A stretch of DNA of 64,000 nt from positions 18,972,001-19,036,000 of the forward strand of contig OX597831.1 of NCBI GenBank assembly GCA_951406725.2, written 5' to 3'. Origin of the DNA: Octopus vulgaris (Eukaryota). The notes beneath the pieces were generated by a model. That model was not told the origin of the DNA. It worked only from the letters and a program-made list of their open reading frames with translations, and made no database searches. Shown here one piece after another: positions 15,614-29,023 of the stretch (position 1 is its first letter; each line of letters opens with the position of its first letter). Both the position numbers and the translations under genes were made by a program.

Positions 15614-17505
15614 TGTGTAATTTGGTGATGAACTCTTCAAATTCTGCCGACTTATCTTTACTATTTTTCTATATATTTCCTATTTCTTTTAGTTAACGGC
15701 AGAAATCTTTTTGGTAGACACGGCTATTTCTTTGATAATTTTATAATATTCAAGCATGCATTTCAACTGACGACGTAGGCATGTAAAATCTATTTATGCC
15801 ATGTTATATCAAAATACATATTCAAGTTTCATTGCGGTAGAATGACCAAAGAAACAGGTGGGCTAAACATCATTTCCAAAAAAATGTGATATATGTGTTG
15901 AAGAAAGTAGTATTACATGTACAATGTGTTCGGTCTGAATGATCTTAATGTCTCCATTTTATTAAGGAAGAACGGGAAATATTTCTCACCGCTCAACGTC
16001 GCTGAAAACATTACCGATTTATGTTATACTTTATTATACTTTAGGAAATATTAGATGGCGTGGAGAAATGTAAAGCATCTGAATAATGGCTTCAAATTTT
16101 ATGACAAGGTATAGCAATTTCGCTCGCTGGGAGGGATAAACATTTTATTACATCCACGCCAGTACAACACGTATTAACATTGTTTTTGTGTGTGTATATC
16201 TTGCCTATACCTTTTTAGATAACGTCGTAAAACTTCTTCGTAATTCCAAGGATTTGTATTAATTGAAAATATTAAATAATTGTTATTTCCGTTCATTATT
16301 TTGCTTCAAATATTATACACAACACACCTTTCTAACTAGCTCTTTTTCCTAATCTAAAAATGCTCCATTTAGAACGAAATAAAATATTAAACGTGCATTA
16401 TCTTCAGGGATGATAGATATATAGTTTGCGTTGTAGATGTGAGCACACACACATATTATATAATTTAAATTAACCGAAATTTGCAATTACAAATCTAACT
16501 ATTGAGAACTCAAATTTTAACTGAGATATTCCGACAGCTATGCTCTTTATTCCCACGTGAGATATAGCAATACTAACGGAAAACTTTATTGCTTTCATCC
16601 CATTTATGCTAGGCCACAGTTTGTAAACACTACTCTGAAAGTAGAATACATCACATCTTTATATATGAGGAATTATTTTCCAAATACCTGACCGTTTAAT
16701 GACACGACCGATACAATGTGCACTCAAAATGTATGTTTTGTCGTAAGAGATTTTATTTCGAAAATATATATCATAGTATCTCGCGTGGGTCTACTTATTG
16801 TAGTATTTCTTTTAAGCCAAACTTCACGATCCATAATGTTAAATCTTAATTAATGCTCAATTTGAGGCTTACATTGAAATGTAAAACAATTTCTCCCTTT
16901 CTTACCATTATTGAAACTGCTTGTATGGAACCATTTTCATCCGGGGGAATAATTCGAATTTAAAACGATTTGAAAATTACAAAAACTGACGCAGTAAAAG
17001 TCGTTGAAATAGAAAAATATTTTAATCTATATTTAAAGCATACAATGAAGAACATTATTAGATATCTCCAATGTCACGTATGAAATTGTACACAACTGCA
17101 GTGAAGTCGATCTTTTGAAATATTAGAATCTTGATTTTACGGCATATCTCATTGAATAAAGTTTTCAAATTAATACACAAACGTATTTATAGAGCCATAA
17201 AAAATACATAAATACTTATGTATGTGTGAGTAATAGAGTTATAATAGCAGCTCCCCATACGGACATGCTGCTAACCTGTAAATGGAAAAAAAGTTACGTT
17301 ATTCTAAATTTAACAAAAAAAAAACAATAATAATATAAAGTGAATTAGGGGAGACTTTTTACTAGTGAGACGTTTTATTCTGTTGCTCATATCACTTCCA
17401 TTAATTTTCGAATGGCCTATGTTTTTTTTCGATTATATAGGCACAGAATATATTAATCAAGCCCATACATAATTTTATGTTAATTATGAGGTTATATTAA
17501 GGTAA

Positions 17506-17845
17506 GTGGAGGCGCAATAGCCCAGTGGTTATGACAGAGGACTTGCTGTCGTGAGATCACGATTTCGATTCTCAGACTGGGCGTTGTGAGTGTTCATTGA
17601 CCGAAAACACCTAAAGATCCACCAGATTCCGGCAGGAAGCGGTGTCGAACACTGCAGTACTCATTCACCACAAATTTTTCCTATGTAGTTTGTACCTGTA
17701 TTTCAAAGAGAAGCCTTGTCACACACTGTTTCACGCAGAATCTCGCCGAGAATTACCTTTAGAATACACGTAAATCTCACGAGCATGCATTTCTGTTGAT
17801 CGGAACAACTGAAACCCTCGTTGTCTTAATCGAAGGAGTGCCATG
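17506..17845 (+). mobile_element. Degenerate tRNA-derived SINE (family 2)
   Basis: Head ggaggcgcaatagcccagtggtta...gatttcgattc. The 3' half (tgtatttcaaag...gccttgtcacac) is shared with 21245-21566. Absent from the paralogous flanks of C, D and E. Confidence 0.7.
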
Positions 17846-18959
17846 ATTAAGGTAGGTTCCTTTATCAGACCGAAGTGTATGTTTTATTTTTTTAAAGATA
17901 TACGGTATGCTTCGAGATACTTCCAATTAACTTACAAAGAGGTTTGTTTGGATAAATACACTATTTTTATCTTGTAATTTTATTGATTTTATGCCCTAAC
18001 GTTGGCGTAGGTTAAGTTGAATTGCTGTTAAATTCCATTTACGCACTCAGATGCTAGTAATTTTTGATGTAGAATAACTACGGGAATTACCAAACCAGCA
18101 GCCTTGAGATCATTGTTCATTAAGAGGAAACTACTGAATCACATTCTTAAAAACTTTCTTTTCAAATCTATTCCTGTAATAATCAGAAGTGTCATTGAAC
18201 ATTGTTTCGATTACAATTTTATTGGCAACGGGCATGTAACGCCATAAATATTATATGATATGTATTATAAAGATTATACATATGTATGTTATTAAAATAC
18301 ATTCAAAATATTCCTGCAGGGATAACTCTAGCGCATTCGTATTATGAAACAATCAACGCATTCTCATAGTTCTAATTCCTATGCTTACGGTGTAATTCAA
18401 TGTTATTGGGACTACACGGTCTTTTAATGTTTTCTAAATCTTCCCTTACGTTGGAACCATCTTTTAACGTTCTGAAACAAAGAATATTTAATTCATAGCT
18501 GACGCATTTATTTTACTATGTGCACTTCTATTTCATTTAGGACTTTATAATATGCCACGAAGCGTTCCAGAGGCTTTGCATTATATTTTATGCCTATGTT
18601 ACAGTTATTGAAGCCATATTGAAATGGTTGACCATACTATGTTACTAATAACAAGTACAGAGCGGCGCTCAAAACAGGAATGTATCGAGAGTATTGTAGG
18701 GAATTGAAATCGAAATGGTTGTCATATATTGAACACTAAGCGGTACTAGAAATATTTTGCTTACTCCAAATATGTTGCACAAACCCTTCAATGGCAAAGG
18801 AGCAGTCTGAAATATGAGTTGAATTATTGTGAAAAATAAGTGTCGAAAGCAATAATACATTCTCAATCATATTCCCATGTCGAAAATTATCCTCTGCTGA
18901 ATATAGAAGCCATAATATTATAATCGATTAGAAATCTTACAGACAAAACAAAATAGATT

Positions 18960-19355
18960 ACACTTTACTGATCGACTATTTTACTTGTTTCAGTCATTTG
19001 ACTGTGGCCATGCTGGAGCACCGCCTTTAGTCGACCCCAGGGTTTATCCATTGTAAGCCTAGTATTTATTCTCTCGGGGCCTTTTACCGAACAGCTATGT
19101 TACGGGGACGTAGACACACCAGCATCAGTTGTCAAGTGATGTTGGGGAACAAACACAAACACGCACACACACATACATATATATACATATATTCGATCGG
19201 CTTCTTTCAGTTTCCGCCTACCAGATCCACTCACAAGTCTTTGGTCTGTCTGAGGCTATAGTAGAAGACACTTGCCCAAGGTGCCACGCAGAGAGACTGA
19301 ACCCAGAACCATGTGGTTGGTAAGCATGCTACTTACCAAACAGCCACACTTCCGC
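18960..19355 (-). mobile_element. SINE family 1 in intron 3 (paralogues at ~32260-32660 and ~44985-45380; absent from copy E)
   Basis: Homology to 8922-9335. Confidence 0.85.
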
Positions 19356-19819
19356 CATTACGTTTATTTCACTGCAGTGGCCCCTATAGCCTAATATTTA
19401 CTATTGAATTGAAAGAAAAGAAAATCGTAGCTAAACAGCTTTCGTTCTTTGTCCGCTCGATTGTTCCTTCAAGGATGATGTAAGGAAAATTAATGATTGT
19501 TTAGAATTATTAAAGAAAAGAAAACTTTTTGAACCGTTAATTTCTGAATCGCTCATTTTAAATGGAAACATAACGAACACGATGCAGGGTACTTACCGGT
19601 CATTTCTTAAAACGTATGGCTTCGTAATGTTGCTTGCAAAAACACAATATTCCCTTGAAGCACTTTTTAAATTCCTCGAAATTACTGGAAGGTAAAACCA
19701 TAAATAGAAATTATACATTGCGGCATTCTTGTTTTGTTTATATTTTTATAAACCTCGATTCTGGAGCCAAACTCGACTTTCATATACCTTCTTTTGCATT
19801 GTCTCTCCGGCATATATAT

Positions 19820-20150
19820 TCCTTTACCTGTTTCAGTCATTTTGGACAACAGCCCAGTTGGACCGACGCGTTTAGTTGAGCAAATCAAGCCCAGAACTTA
19901 TTCTTTGTAAGCCTTGTACTTATTCTCTCGGTCTGTTTTGCCGAACCGCAATGTTACGGGAACGTAAACACACCAGCATCGGTTGTCAAGCGATGTTGAA
20001 GGGGATAGACACAGAAATATATACTCACACATACATATATATATATATCGATAGATAGATATATAGATATACGACGGGCTTCTTTCAGCTACCAAATCCA
20101 CTCAAAAGGCTTTGGTCGACCCTAGGATATATTAGAAGTCACTTGCCCAA
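19820..20150 (-). mobile_element. Truncated SINE family 1 in intron 2 (paralogues at ~33130-33470 and ~45850-46180)
   Basis: tgtttcagtcattt...acttgcccaa homology to family 1. Confidence 0.75.
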
Positions 20151-20424
20151 AATCCCGGTCAATCGCGTCAGATAATTGCTAGCGGAGATATCACGTTTCA
20201 TTTGGTCTAGTTTAAAATCAAAATATTGTCTATATTTAATCGGACAAGGAGATTCGATATATTTATCAATGGACATATTAGGGTTCATTGTCGTGATTCC
20301 ATATAAATACATGCAGCATTTTGGTAAAAGTTTTATAAAGGGAAATATTTGTCAAAAAGCAATTGTATAGATATTAATTAAAAACTGAAGCGAAAACTAG
20401 GATCTTATATATATATATATATAC

Positions 20425-21102
20425 ATACATTCAAAAATATCAGGAAGGGCCATAATAGGACATTCGACTCCCTAGAAAGAGCAGCCAAACTCAAACCGCT
20501 AATAGTTGTAATTCTGAAATTGGAAGAGAAATAAAAAAGTTCACCCTTTCATCTCTTGACTATGCATAGTTTCGGCAAACTTTGGTGAACAAATTTATTT
20601 AATTAAATTGAATTTATTTACAACTGGCGTGCCTCGTCAGCAGAGAAGCCAAGGATGAACATATATCCACGAGGCGATGGTAAAGAAGCCTCAAGTCTAG
20701 AATTTTTTGCTAACCTTATATTTATTAATTAATGATTTTTTGGCTAATTTGAAATTAAATCAGTAGTTTATATTTGCCGCTGAGAAGACCACGCGATTGC
20801 CGTAGATTTTGAAAATTTATAGCATATAGACTTGAGGCTTCCTTACCATTGCCTCATGGATATATGTTCGTCCTTGGCTTCTCTGCTGACGAGGCACGCC
20901 AGTTGTACATAAATTTAAATTAATTTAATTAATTTTTTTACTAATGTTTGCCGAAACTATGCATAGACCAGAGATGAAAGGGTAAACGTATTTATTTCTC
21001 TTTCAATTTCAGAATTACAAATATTAGCGGTTTGAGTTTGGCTGCTCTTTCTAGTGAGTCGAATGTCCTATTATGGCCCTTCCTTATATTTTTGAATGTA
21101 TA
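20425..21102. mobile_element. Fold-back/MITE palindrome with ~300 bp arms
   Basis: tacattcaaaaatatcaggaagggccataataggacattcgactc... pairs with ...gagtcgaatgtcctattatggcccttccttatatttttgaatgta. Present only in copy B intron 2. Confidence 0.85.
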
Positions 21103-21185
21103 TTATATAGTCTTTGACTATCATTTACTTCCCACTGGACCGTTGGTAGCGGAGAATTTTTTCTAGAATGTTTTGCTACACTTAA

Positions 21186-21241
<56 letters not shown>

Positions 21242-21244
21242 AAA

Positions 21245-21566
21245 AGACTCCGCCGGTTACGACGACGAGGGTCCCAGCTGATACGATCAACGGAACAGCT
21301 TGCTCGTGAAATTAACGTGCAAATGGCTGAGCATTCCACAGACACGTGTACCCTTAACGTAGTTCTCGGGGATAATCAGCGTGACACAGAGAGTGACAAG
21401 GCTGACCCTTTGAAATACAAGTACAACTCATTTTTGCCAGCTGAGTGGACTGGAGCAACGTGAAATAAAGTGTCTTGCTCAAGGACACAACGCGTCGCCG
21501 GGAATCGAACTCACAACCTTACGATCATGAGCCGAATGCCCTAACCACTAAGCCACGCGCCCTCAC
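21245..21566 (-). mobile_element. tRNA-derived SINE (family 2), well preserved
   Basis: Minus-strand head gaggcgcgtggcttagtggttagg...gagttcgattcccgg (A and B boxes), then tgtgtccttgagcaagacactt and a T-rich end. Confidence 0.85.
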
Positions 21567-21672
21567 CTATATATATATACATACATAAATAAACATTCAT
21601 ACATACATACCTATATATATATATAAACATTTATAAATGTAACTATAAGTACCTGCAGAATATCTTTGATCG

Positions 21673-22447
21673 AGGGTCTGCATAGGTAAAAGGGCATTTA
21701 CGTCTTGCAGATCCAAGGCAATCCAGTTTCGCTGTCATTACGCCTCAAATATGAGGTTTCTCTTGAAAATTTTAAAAGATTTTTCCGAAATTAATTTTTT
21801 TGTTAAATTACAAATCATTTCCTTTTGATAGGCATTCATATGATACATATTATACATGTGGGTGTTTGATGTTCTGTTCTGTGTATTTTTGAGTGTGGTG
21901 AAGATGTTTCAATATAGTTCTGACCGTGTATTTGTCACAATTTATACTGTGTTTATCAGCTCACATAAGTACGCCACTTTACAGGAAACACGCCTTGTAT
22001 CGAATGTCCTCGTTCATCACGTTTCTCACTCCGATACATAATGGTGTTTGGAAATGGCCTCCATTTGTTTACCAGGATTATTATCGATAATATTCAGTGT
22101 TCGTTGTATAAATTGCGGTATCTTAACGCTTTCTACTGGAGGAATATTCCATTCAGGGTCTACCATATCGGATTGCAAAGGTAATTCAGTTGCTTGTACA
22201 ACTGCGTGTTCACAATGGGAACGACAGAATGAGGTCTCCGTTTTGCCCTTGTAACAATCTTGTTCCGTCAATTTGTCAGCATCACAAAGACCTCGAAACA
22301 ATTTCACAATACATTTTTAATAGCCCTGATCAGATACTTATCACAATCTTGTTCCTTGGACGTGGTATAAGAAGTTTTATATTCTGAACACAACTCATAG
22401 ACCAAAATATTTTGATTACAGATATTGTTTTATAAAGTTCTCATGTA

Positions 22448-22488
<41 letters not shown>

Positions 22489-23290
22489 TATATAGGGTCC
22501 TGCATAGGTAGAAGGGCATTTACGTCATGCACATCCAAGGCAATCCAGTTTCGCTGTCATTACGCCTAAAATATGAGGTTTCTCTTGAAAATTTTAAAAG
22601 ATTTTTCCGAAATTAATTTTTTTGTTAAATTACAAATCATTTCCTTTTGATAGGCATTCATATGATACATATTATACATGTGGGTGTTTGATGTTCTGTT
22701 CTGTGTATTTTTGAGTGTGGTGAAGATGTTTCAATATAGTTCTGACCGTGTATTTGTCACAATTTATACTGTGTTTATCAGCTCACATAAGTACGCCACT
22801 TTACAGGAAACACGCCTTGTATCGAATGTCCTCGTTCATCACGTTTCTCACTCCGATACATAATGGTGTTTGGAAATGGCCTCCATTTGTTTACCAGGAT
22901 TATTATCGATAATATTCAGTGTTCGTTGTATAAATTGCGGTATCTTAACGCTTTCTACTGGAGGAATATTCCATTCAGGGTCTACCATATCGGATTGCAA
23001 AGGTAATTCAGTTGCTTGTACAACTGCGTGTTCACAATGGGAACGACAGAATGAGCTCTCCGTTTTGCCCTTGTAACAATCTTGTTCCGTCAATTTGTCA
23101 GCATCACAAAGACCTCGAAACAACTTCACCACACATTTTTAATGGCCCTGTTCAGAAACTTATCACTATCTTGTTACTTGGACGTGGTATAAGAAGTTTT
23201 ATATTATGAACACAACTCATAAACCAAAATATTTTGATTACAGATATTGTTTTATAAAGTTCTCATGTAGAATATATATATATATATATG
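21673..23290. repeat. ~822 bp tandem duplication including a dead second exon 2 (22495-22565)
   Basis: Identical ORFs at 21856 and 22678 (offset 822). The duplicate exon 2 has an AGA>TGA stop and no donor site. Confidence 0.9.
21950..22160 (-). mobile_element. Old Tc1/mariner-type transposase remnant in intron 1 (also ~22770-22980, ~34520-34730, ~46930-47140, partial ~59410-59560)
   Basis: PQFIQRTLNIIDNNPGKQMEAISK...VSE...NEDIRYK resembles the second HTH region of Tc1/mariner transposases, with stops. Confidence 0.55.
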
Positions 23291-23749
23291 GGGGGGGTGT
23301 TATCATGTAGAATATGTATATATACAAATTAGCAAAGAACGTAATAAAATGTTTCTAAAGAAAAAAAGAGTTAACTCCTCTAAAGTTGATTTATCAGATA
23401 ACGGAATATTTGTTACCTTTTGGAAGAATTATTTAATAATAAAAGCTAATGACTGAATTCTGTGGAAAAGTTTCTATTCTATTTGGCAACAGATTTCTTA
23501 TGAACATGTTTAGATATATATATAACACTTGTTTCATGGGCGTGCGTAATGCGAAGTTTGCTTTCCAAACACATGGTTTCATACATCCGGCCTTGTACGT
23601 GGAACTTGACTGTCACTACATAAAACTGGTGATTTCGTAATGCATTAAAGAACTCGTTTATTTAAACATTGTAAATCTGTAACAATTGCAAATGATAAAA
23701 TGTGAAAAGGGGAATTTGTTGGAATTTTATTGATTAATATATCACTTTG

Positions 23750-24175
23750 CAAAAAAAGTACAAGGTCACTGTGTCCATTCTTGGCCCTCTAATTGATGAA
23801 AATGGCACTCTACAAGAGAAAGTCGAAACCATGTATGAGATACAGCAGAAAAAGTACTCCTCTGTTATCAGCAATCTCAATATGGCCTATCTGGTCTGTA
23901 TCAGTCAGGTTAATCTTCAGCACACCCAAGACTTGGCCCACGTGCTATCCACCCACAACATAAAACATACTCGCAGCACAAAACATTATTAGGGCACATT
24001 TATGTTACCTCAATTGGACCCGGTCCCTCTAACATTATATTAAAATACATGAAAGCAGAAACAGTGACCATCCAGTTTAAGACGTCTTCGGACAAATTTC
24101 TCCAAGAATTATAGGATAAACCTCATACACTCGGATATGCCTCTGTAAGTAATAACTCTATTTTCGAATGGGCCA
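23750..24175 (+). mobile_element. Highly deleted CR1-like LINE remnant (also ~36665-37090 and ~49080-49505)
   Basis: GPLIDENGTL motif and a C-terminal-like FKTSSDKFLQEL.DKP...NSI, followed by a (tatg)n tail. Confidence 0.5.
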
Positions 24176-25684
24176 TGTATGTATGTATGTACGTATGTAT
24201 GTATTTATGTATGTATGTATATGGAACAAAAACGTAATAGAGGACAATAAAACATTTGGACAGATAGACTGGAGAAAAAACAATTAGAACAACAGGAAAA
24301 AAGACGGGCCATTTGTGGCCTTATTTCATCAGCCAAGTTTACCAGATGTCCTTACTTCTTCCCGAAATTACATTTGAGACATTTCTATCTGGTTGCCCCC
24401 AAAAGATTCTTAGCTAAGTGAATTAGATATTTTTGGAAGAAAGTTTGCGAATGTGTACGAAAACAAAGACAAAAAAAAGGAGAACATGGTATGCAATTTC
24501 AAATACAACCAACATGGAATTAGCAACAGGTGTCTTTCGATTTAGAACGAATCCAATTGAAGTGGCGTGCATGAAGTGAAAGCCTAAAGGCAGGAACATA
24601 GGTGATGGACACAAGAAGTGTTGGCGGTCGGCATTCAGGCCAAGAAAGAAAGATCACGGCTGGCCAGACACCGGCCACTTGGAAGGAGGAGAGAGGGGTA
24701 GAATCAGCGGGATTGAAGGATTAGCGAACATCAGCATTCGGCCAGACAGATGATACAAAGGCCGACAGGAGAAACAACATTTAGGTCAGAAAATAAAGAG
24801 AGTCATTCGCGTCCTTCTTTCATCAGTCAAGTTTACAAGTCGTCCTCATTTTTTCGGACACAACAAGGTGTCCGATTAGTATTTGCGAGGAGAGATCATC
24901 GCTTCTATCTATTCCTGGTCTTACGTGATACATACTAGCTAGTCATTAACATGCGCTAAGGACGGGTAACCACCCGGAACCTCGAGTCTGTGTGTATCAC
25001 GTAAGGCTAGAGATGGGAGCGTTGACCTTCCCTCGCAAATGCTAATCGGACACAGAATGTGTATCGTTAGCTAACTGGAGGAAATGTCTTCAAGGGGCTA
25101 TAAACGCCAGTATCACAATCCCGTATGTGACTTCACCTTTGGCTGGCAATTCTGTATTGTTACGATCCTGTATTGCTACAGGGTACATCTTGCTCGGATA
25201 TTTAATCTAGATTATTTCTCCACTTTCGAGATCAGCGACGGTTGGTCGCTGCAGAAAGCATCTGGTATTTTGCGAGTTGGGTGAGTTTTCATCACTAGCT
25301 TCCGATGAACACATGCTGATGACGGGTAACCACCTAGAAACTCAGTTTCGGGTGTATCACTAAGGGTAGGGAGGGGAGCGATGACCATCCCTCGCAAATT
25401 ATAATCGGAAACAGAATGTGTTGTTAGTTGGAGGAGACGTTTTCCTGGAGCTATAAACGCTAGTAGTACAGACCCGTAGGGGACGCCGCACTTGGTTGGC
25501 AAATATATGTTACGTTTCAGTAATTGCTACTGTTTGCAGATTTAATATAGCTATGCGTGAGCGGCTGTGTGTGTGTGTGTGCGTTGTGTTTGTCTAAATA
25601 TGTTTGTCAGTATGGATGTATGTATGTACGTATGTATGTATGTATGTATGTATGTATGTATGTATGTATGTATGTATGTATGTA

Positions 25685-25735
<51 letters not shown>

Positions 25736-26419
25736 ATGAATGAATGAATTCATGTGTGCATGCAAGAATAAGGAGAATTAAAAAATGGTTGATGCAAAAT
25801 GTATATAGTACTCCATCCCGTATATTTTGCGCACAAATACGAACAACTATTGCCATTGAGCGCATAAGAGAAAGTAGATTATTGGAATCACTCGTCCTGG
25901 TCTGTTTGTTTACGCATTTACAAAATCCTTGCCAAAAAACGGTTCAATGGATATTCATGAAAATCGGTAAAACAAACTCAGTGGTTGAGTGGTTCGAAGT
26001 GATGATATGTTGGCTTAATTATCTTCAAACATGCATAATGCATACATACATTTGCGACTGCGTGTGAGCCTGTGTGTGTACAGTGATGGATTCGAGTCTT
26101 TCGTTTATTTACCAGTTGATTTTTGAATTTCAGAGGAGTATGCTTATCATGGTGATACTTAAGACACAAAAATTAAATGGAACTTACAAATTTCCCGATA
26201 AGCAAGTTTAATGAAACCTTTCCAAATCTTCATTCAATTCAATTAAAAATCATGGATAAGCAACGCATTGTAAACCACATGATAACTGGCCAAAATATTT
26301 TATCTGAGTGCAGGGTTTGCATCTCACTTCTAGTGCCTATTTTTTTTCTCATTATAAATTAATTTCCATAAAGCTACTTACGGGAAATGAGGAAGACGAA
26401 GACGATAAAATGCTTCATT

Positions 26420-26570
26420 GTCTAATTTCGTGACGAATATCTCGTAGTCTGGCGATTCGCATCGTGGAAACATATGTTATAATTAAATATGATGTGACAT
26501 ATGTTTCAACTGACAGAGACAGCTTGTGAATGGGATCAATGACATGCAATGTCATAATACATTCTCCTAT
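26420..26570 (-). promoter_or_regulatory. Conserved 5' UTR and proximal promoter of the six-Cys family
   Basis: Blocks (plus strand) tgtttcaactgac and atgacatgc recur at similar distances upstream of exon 1 in Z (~11112-11160), A (~15760-15805), B, C, D and E (~62030-62080). Confidence 0.5.
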
Positions 26571-27067
26571 GTTTATTCTTCTACTTTCACGAGCCCCACA
26601 GTTGTGTAAAAGATAGTTTTACATAAATCTGTGATATTTGTGTGCACCCGTACTTCGTGAACGAAGAACAAATTTCGTTTCTAATCTAGGCACAACGCCC
26701 GAAATTTTAGGAGAAGGGATCAGCTGATTAGATCGACCCCGAAGAGATGAAAGGCAAAGGCGACCTCGGCAGAAAGGAAGGAACAATATTACAAATACGT
26801 GTTCAGCCTAAATTTAACAACTATTATTTATCTATTTTTGAAGGAAACATTTCATGAATTTCTTACACGTCTACGTCTTTGGAGAGCATATATATTCATG
26901 TTTCAATTGAGAAAATGTCAGATGACATGAAGAAATGGAAGCCATTTGACAATTAGGTCCAAATTTGGGGACGAGACAAGCTATTCCAAACTTTTCTTTC
27001 TCCACTAATTGCCTTCTCATTGCCTCACCTCCACATACTTATAATTGCTTTCTAAAAATTACACATT

Positions 27068-27117
<50 letters not shown>

Positions 27118-27119
<2 letters not shown>

Positions 27120-28760
27120 CCTTCACTGCCACCTTCACTGCCATAACCTTCACTGACATAACCTTCACTGACATAACCTTCACTGCCACCGACATCGTAG
27201 CAGCAATAAATGAGGTCAAACATTACTCTGCTGTAGGCCCTGATAGATTTCCCGCTAGTCTCCTGAAGGAATGTAGATATCAACTTGCAGTCCCTCTGAC
27301 CAACCTCTGGAGAAACTCGTTAGACGCAGGTTATATACCGAAACAGTTTCTATCCCAGTCGGTCATCCCGGTTTTCAAACAGGGAAACAGATCCCTCGCA
27401 GCCAACTATCGCCCAATCCCACTCACCTCCCACATCATTAAAGTGTTTGAAAGAGTGTTAAGATCAAGGATAGCTGACTTCCTGGAGACCCACAAACTCC
27501 TAAATTCAAATCAGCATGGCTTTCGCTGTGGCAGGGACTGTCTAAAACAGCTCTTACACCACATTGAAGATGTACTCAAAGCCTTGAGAACAGGTTCGAA
27601 CTCTGACGTCATATATCTTGACTTCAGTAAAGAGTTCGACAGGGTTGACCATAACATCCTACTCTCAAAATTGGCAAATGTTGGAATCCGTGGAAAAGTT
27701 CTACACTGGATTCAGTATTTCCTGGCGAATAGAACACAACATTTTGTAGTTGATGGAGTCCACTCAAACCCAGCAAAAGTCACCAGCGGTGTTCCCAAAG
27801 GGAAATCTTTTGGGTCCGCTACTCTTCATAATTTACGTAAACGATCTTTCCAGTGTCGTACATCACTGCAAAGTGAAAATATTCGCTGATGACACTAAGC
27901 TCCAGCAAATCGCCAATGAAGAAGCAGACCGAACTCAACTCCAGTCTGATCTATATGCTGTGAGTCAATGGGCAGACAGAAACAAAATGCAACTGAATGA
28001 GGGAAAATTTGAGCTGATGCATTTTGGAAGAAATTCCTCACTAAAACAACCATACTCTCTTCCTTCAGGGCCACACCTTGAATACTGCTGCCCACTGTGG
28101 TCTCCTCACACAAGACAAAACATCTCCAGAATTGAGTCACCCCAGAAGGCTCTCACTAAACAAATTGAAGGCATGGCTGCTCTCGATTATTGGGATCGCC
28201 TTAAAGCCTTGAAACTTTACTCCTTCAAGCGTCGCCGTGAGCGGTACATCATTTGTACGATGTGGAAAATATACCGCCAACTTTGCCCAAACGACCTAAA
28301 CATTAGCTTCAAGGTTCATCCAAGACTTGGACCACGGGCTATACGTCCCCTGCCAAATTGAAGATCACAACATACATGTACACTGCAACAAAATTTCTTT
28401 TCCTCAACAGGCCCTGCCCTATTTAACATTGTCCCGAGGGAGATCAAAGAGGAAAAGGATCCCATCAACTTTAAACAGAGTCTGGATAGATTCCTTCAAA
28501 GAATACCAGATAAGCCACCCATAATTGGATACAACTCACCCAACAAGAACTCACTACTTGAACAAAACTGGATACAACTCACCCAACAAGAACTCACTAC
28601 TTGAACAAAAATGGATACAACTCACCCAACAAGAACTCATTACTTGAACAAAACTTGACTTAAACAGGGTTCGAATAATCCTATCAGGTGGTGCTATTAA
28701 GTTAGACATGGCCTGGACCAATCTCTGGTCGAAACTATCTAAGTTTTATCTAAGTTTTAT
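27118..28760 (+). mobile_element. 5'-truncated, internally deleted CR1/L2-like LINE
   Basis: NYRPI.LTS, NQHGFR, YLDFSKEFDRVDH, GVP.G..LGPLLF, FADDTK, LEYCCPLWSP. The 3' UTR has three 43-bp repeats and a (tatctaagttt) tail. Confidence 0.9.
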
Positions 28761-28822
28761 ATTTATACACGTATTCATCGCTATATATGTTATTTTTATA
28801 ATTGCTTTCTAAAAATTACACA

Positions 28823-29023
<201 letters not shown>

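Larger units (their letters stand above)
18669..26418 (-). pseudogene. Copy B of the six-Cys gene family: premature TGA at Cys6 (truncated or secreted variant, or pseudogene)
   Basis: Exons 26382-26418, 21653-21743, 19597-19684 and 18669-18806. Translation MKHFIVFVFLISRVMTAKLDCLGSARRKCPFTYADPRSKIFCSNFEEFKKCFKGILCFCKQHYEAIRFKK* (TGA at 19600-19602). The exon 2 acceptor is a weak GAG, and the normal exon 4 stop is lost by deletion. Confidence 0.75.

Noticed and set aside
18669-18866. GPCR TM3-like reading [25 protein letters not shown]
   Set aside because: No other TM segments, the Cys is not conserved in C, D or E, and the frame stops right after in those copies. It is better explained as the terminal exon.
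21480-21566. tRNA-like sequence
   Set aside because: Head of a SINE, continuous with the SINE body.
22026-22307. Repeated Cys-containing ORF MKLFRGLCDADK... as a possible host gene
   Set aside because: Its recurrence simply follows the segmental duplication. The C-terminal part is a Tc1/mariner remnant, the ORF is not listed for copy D, and the region is truncated in copy E.
27118-27190. SEGYV repeat ORF (27059-27283)
   Set aside because: A 15-bp slippage repeat at the truncated 5' junction of a LINE, running into (TA)n.
28527-28655. Three 43-bp direct repeats that look CRISPR-like
   Set aside because: Contiguous with no spacers, inside a LINE 3' UTR, in eukaryotic DNA. The paralogue at ~41435 has two copies.
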